A stretch of DNA of 64,000 nt from an uncultured Prevotella sp. (GTDB taxonomy: Bacteria > Bacteroidota > Bacteroidia > Bacteroidales > Bacteroidaceae). Shown here piece by piece: positions 61,454 through 64,000 of the stretch (position 1 is the stretch's first letter; each line of letters opens with the position of its first letter). The stretch covers positions 6,861-70,860 of the forward strand of contig USHW01000007.1 in assembly GCA_900554545.1 (NCBI GenBank), in the 5' to 3' direction. Position numbers and translations under genes: made by a program. Below the pieces are notes generated by a model. It saw nothing but the letters and a program-made list of their open reading frames with translations. It did not search any database and was not told the origin of the DNA.

Positions 61454-61473
61454 GAACAACAAGACTACAAACA

Positions 61474-62658
61474 ATGACACGACTGCTACTCGCCGCCTTA
61501 CTGATGCTTTGCACCGTCAAGGCAGAGGCCGCCGCGCCAACTTACGAACTACCGGACACCGCAACAGTACAGAACGGAACGCCGGCAGACTCGGTTAAAA
61601 AGAAAAAAGGACTGATAAACTGGGTGCTGAACTACCTCAACAACACCAACAAGAACAAAAGCAACAAGAAATTCGACTTCAGCGTGTTGCCCGGCCCGCA
61701 CTTCAGCAGCGACACGGGACTGGGCCTCGGCATCATCGGCATGGGCCTTTACCGGCAAGACAGGCGCGACACCATCTCGCAGCCGTCGAACGTCTCAATA
61801 TTCGGAGACATCACAACGAAAAGCTCATACACCGTCGGCATATTCGGCACCCACGTCTTCCCATACGACAGGGGACGCATTGACTACGAGGTGGCGGCCA
61901 ACTACTTCAAGGAAAGTTTCTGGGGAATAGGCTACGAAATGGCCAACAACGACGACAACGAGGGCACGATGAAACGATGGAAAATAGGCGCGAAGGCCGA
62001 CTTCCTGTGGCAAGTGGCGCGCAACGTATTCATCGGCCCGTCGCTGACATACGACTTCGCCGACATCATCGAGATTGACCGGCCGGAGCTGCTGGCAGGC
62101 CAGGACAAGCACGTATGGAACATAGGCATAGGCTTCTCGTTCGCATACGACACACGCGACGTCATGACACGCCCCTCACGCGGCGTCTACATCAATCTGA
62201 AACAACTGTTCCACCCGAAGTTCCTGAGCAGCGGCTACGCATACACCACTACCGACTTCCGCTTCAACACATACGGAAAGCTGTGGCGAGGAGCCGTCAT
62301 CGGAGGCGACCTTCGCGGCACGCTGAACTTCGGCAACCCGTCGTGGGCGACGATGGCGCTGCTCGGCAACTCGTCGACCATGCGCGGATATTACAAGGGA
62401 AGATACCGCGACAAGCACATACTGCAGACCCAGGTGGAGCTGCGCCAGCACATCTGGAAAAGGAACGGAGTGGTAATCTGGGGCGGACTGGGCACGGTAT
62501 TCCATAAGTTCAGCGCCATACGGGGCGAGCGTTTGCTGCCAAACTGGGGCATAGGCTACCGCTGGGAGTTCAAGAAAAACGGCAACGTGCGCCTGGACTA
62601 CGGCTTCGGCAAAAGGGGAATGCAGGGCTTCGTGTTCAACATCAACGAGGCGTTTTAG
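61474..62658 (+). CDS. BamA/TamA-like (Omp85 barrel-only) outer membrane protein
   Basis: MRGYYKGRYRD, GIGYRWEF, NVRLDYGFG, C-terminal NINEAF. Confidence 0.85.
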   Translation: MTRLLLAALLMLCTVKAEAAAPTYELPDTATVQNGTPADSVKKKKGLINWVLNYLNNTNKNKSNKKFDFSVLPGPHFSSDTGLGLGIIGMGLYRQDRRDTISQPSNVSIFGDITTKSSYTVGIFGTHVFPYDRGRIDYEVAANYFKESFWGIGYEMANNDDNEGTMKRWKIGAKADFLWQVARNVFIGPSLTYDFADIIEIDRPELLAGQDKHVWNIGIGFSFAYDTRDVMTRPSRGVYINLKQLFHPKFLSSGYAYTTTDFRFNTYGKLWRGAVIGGDLRGTLNFGNPSWATMALLGNSSTMRGYYKGRYRDKHILQTQVELRQHIWKRNGVVIWGGLGTVFHKFSAIRGERLLPNWGIGYRWEFKKNGNVRLDYGFGKRGMQGFVFNINEAF

Positions 62659-62707
62659 CCCATCCCAGCTCTCCCATCCCTCCCTGTCCACCCAAAAACA
62701 ACTTGAA

Positions 62708-64000
62708 ATGAAACAACTTAAAACCATACTTCATGGCTGCGCCTCAGCGCGCAGCCTGTTTTTTGCAACCATCGCGGTGCTCGCCCTGCCCAACATTGCG
62801 CTCTGCTTCACCGAAAGGATGAGCCTTATGGCCGACATTACGAACGTAGTGCTGCCCACGGCTGCGGTGTGGCTGCTGATGACTCTCAACCGCTGTCCGG
62901 GCAAAATGGTGTGGTGGCTGTTCATATTGGTGTTCTTCGCCGCCTTCCAGCTTGTGCTGCTATACCTCTTCGGGCACTCAATCATCGCCGTGGACATGTT
63001 CCTCAACGTGGTGACAACCAATCCGGGAGAGGCTTTCGAGCTGCTTGACAACCTCATTCCGGCAGTGTTCGGCGTGGTGATAGTCTACGTCCCGCTGCTC
63101 ATAATGGCCGTCGTTTCCATACGCAGAAGGCAGTGGCTGGAGCACGGTTTCTTGCTCAAGCAGCGTCGCTATGCCGCCATAACGGCAGCCGCAGGCCTGC
63201 TGTCGCTCGGCGTAACGTATGCCACTGACAGGGAATACCGCGCCGAACTCGACCTGTATCCTGCCAACGTGTTCTACAACTTGGGGCTGGCCGTAGAGCG
63301 TACTGCCGACACCAACGCCTACGCCGAGACCTCGGCGCACTTCACCTTCAACGCAAAGGCCACCCACGCGGCCGACGAACGCGAGGTGTATGTGCTCGTA
63401 ATAGGAGAAACGGCGCGTGCATGCAACTTCAGCCTGTTCGGCTACGGACGCGAGACAACGCCGCGAATGGCAGGCATGAAGGGGATTGTGGCGTTCCCGA
63501 AGGCCGTCACTCAGTCGAACACCACTCACAAGAGCGTGCCCATGCTGCTGTCGGCCGTGTCGGCTGAGGACTTCAACAGCATATACACTCAGAAGGGAAT
63601 AATCACCGCCTTCAAGGAAGCCGGCTTCCATACGGTGTTCATATCCAACCAAAGACCCAACCGCTCGTTCATCGACTTCTTCGGAGAAGAGGCCGACGAG
63701 TGGACATTTATTAAGGAGCGCAACCCCGAAGCGGCGGCCATCGGCGACGAAGCCATGCTGCCTGAAGTGGCAAAGACGCTTGCCAAAGGGCGCCAGAAGG
63801 AGTTTATTGTGCTCCACATGTACGGCTCGCACTTCAACTACCGCGAGCGTTATCCGCGCCAGGCGGCCTTCTTCAAACCTGACGACGCCACCGAAGCGAA
63901 GGCCAAGAACCGCGAACAGCTTGTCAACGCGTATGACAACACGATACGCTTCACCGACAGTTTTATTGCCGAACTCTCGGCGATGCTCGGCAAGACTGGC
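62708..64000 (+). CDS. EptA-like phosphoethanolamine transferase, truncated by the window end (absent from the ORF track)
   Basis: Reading frame from ATG 62708: TM region, VLVIGETARA, SNTTHKSVP, LHMYGSH, NAYDNTI. Confidence 0.88.
   Translation, partial: MKQLKTILHGCASARSLFFATIAVLALPNIALCFTERMSLMADITNVVLPTAAVWLLMTLNRCPGKMVWWLFILVFFAAFQLVLLYLFGHSIIAVDMFLNVVTTNPGEAFELLDNLIPAVFGVVIVYVPLLIMAVVSIRRRQWLEHGFLLKQRRYAAITAAAGLLSLGVTYATDREYRAELDLYPANVFYNLGLAVERTADTNAYAETSAHFTFNAKATHAADEREVYVLVIGETARACNFSLFGYGRETTPRMAGMKGIVAFPKAVTQSNTTHKSVPMLLSAVSAEDFNSIYTQKGIITAFKEAGFHTVFISNQRPNRSFIDFFGEEADEWTFIKERNPEAAAIGDEAMLPEVAKTLAKGRQKEFIVLHMYGSHFNYRERYPRQAAFFKPDDATEAKAKNREQLVNAYDNTIRFTDSFIAELSAMLGKTG

Overview
Mostly core chromosome of a Prevotellaceae-like Bacteroidales bacterium, judged from TAnnTTTG promoters, SusC/D genes and gene order. 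About 48 CDS and one tRNA-Glu are supported. They include housekeeping genes (ino1, ddl, an RluA/RluD pseudouridine synthase, rpmH, efp, radC, three FKBP PPIases, cobB, gyrB, rpsT, recO, dgt, dut), an ECF sigma operon, an orphan susCD pair and a complete dextran-type PUL (SusR, GH97, SusC, SusD, SusE/F, GH66). I saw no transposase, integrase, prophage, CRISPR or defence gene. The unusual signal is non-coding: many intergenic gaps carry dispersed repeats. Family A has nine copies of 4-5 pseudo-palindromic 22-bp units, most held in fixed helical phase to an IHF-like box, with unit orientation shuffled between copies. Family H has about ten fold-back elements whose arms use different 7-9-nt microsatellite units around a related loop core. 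Several REP-like families are stacked next to them. All product calls come from motif recognition, not database searches.
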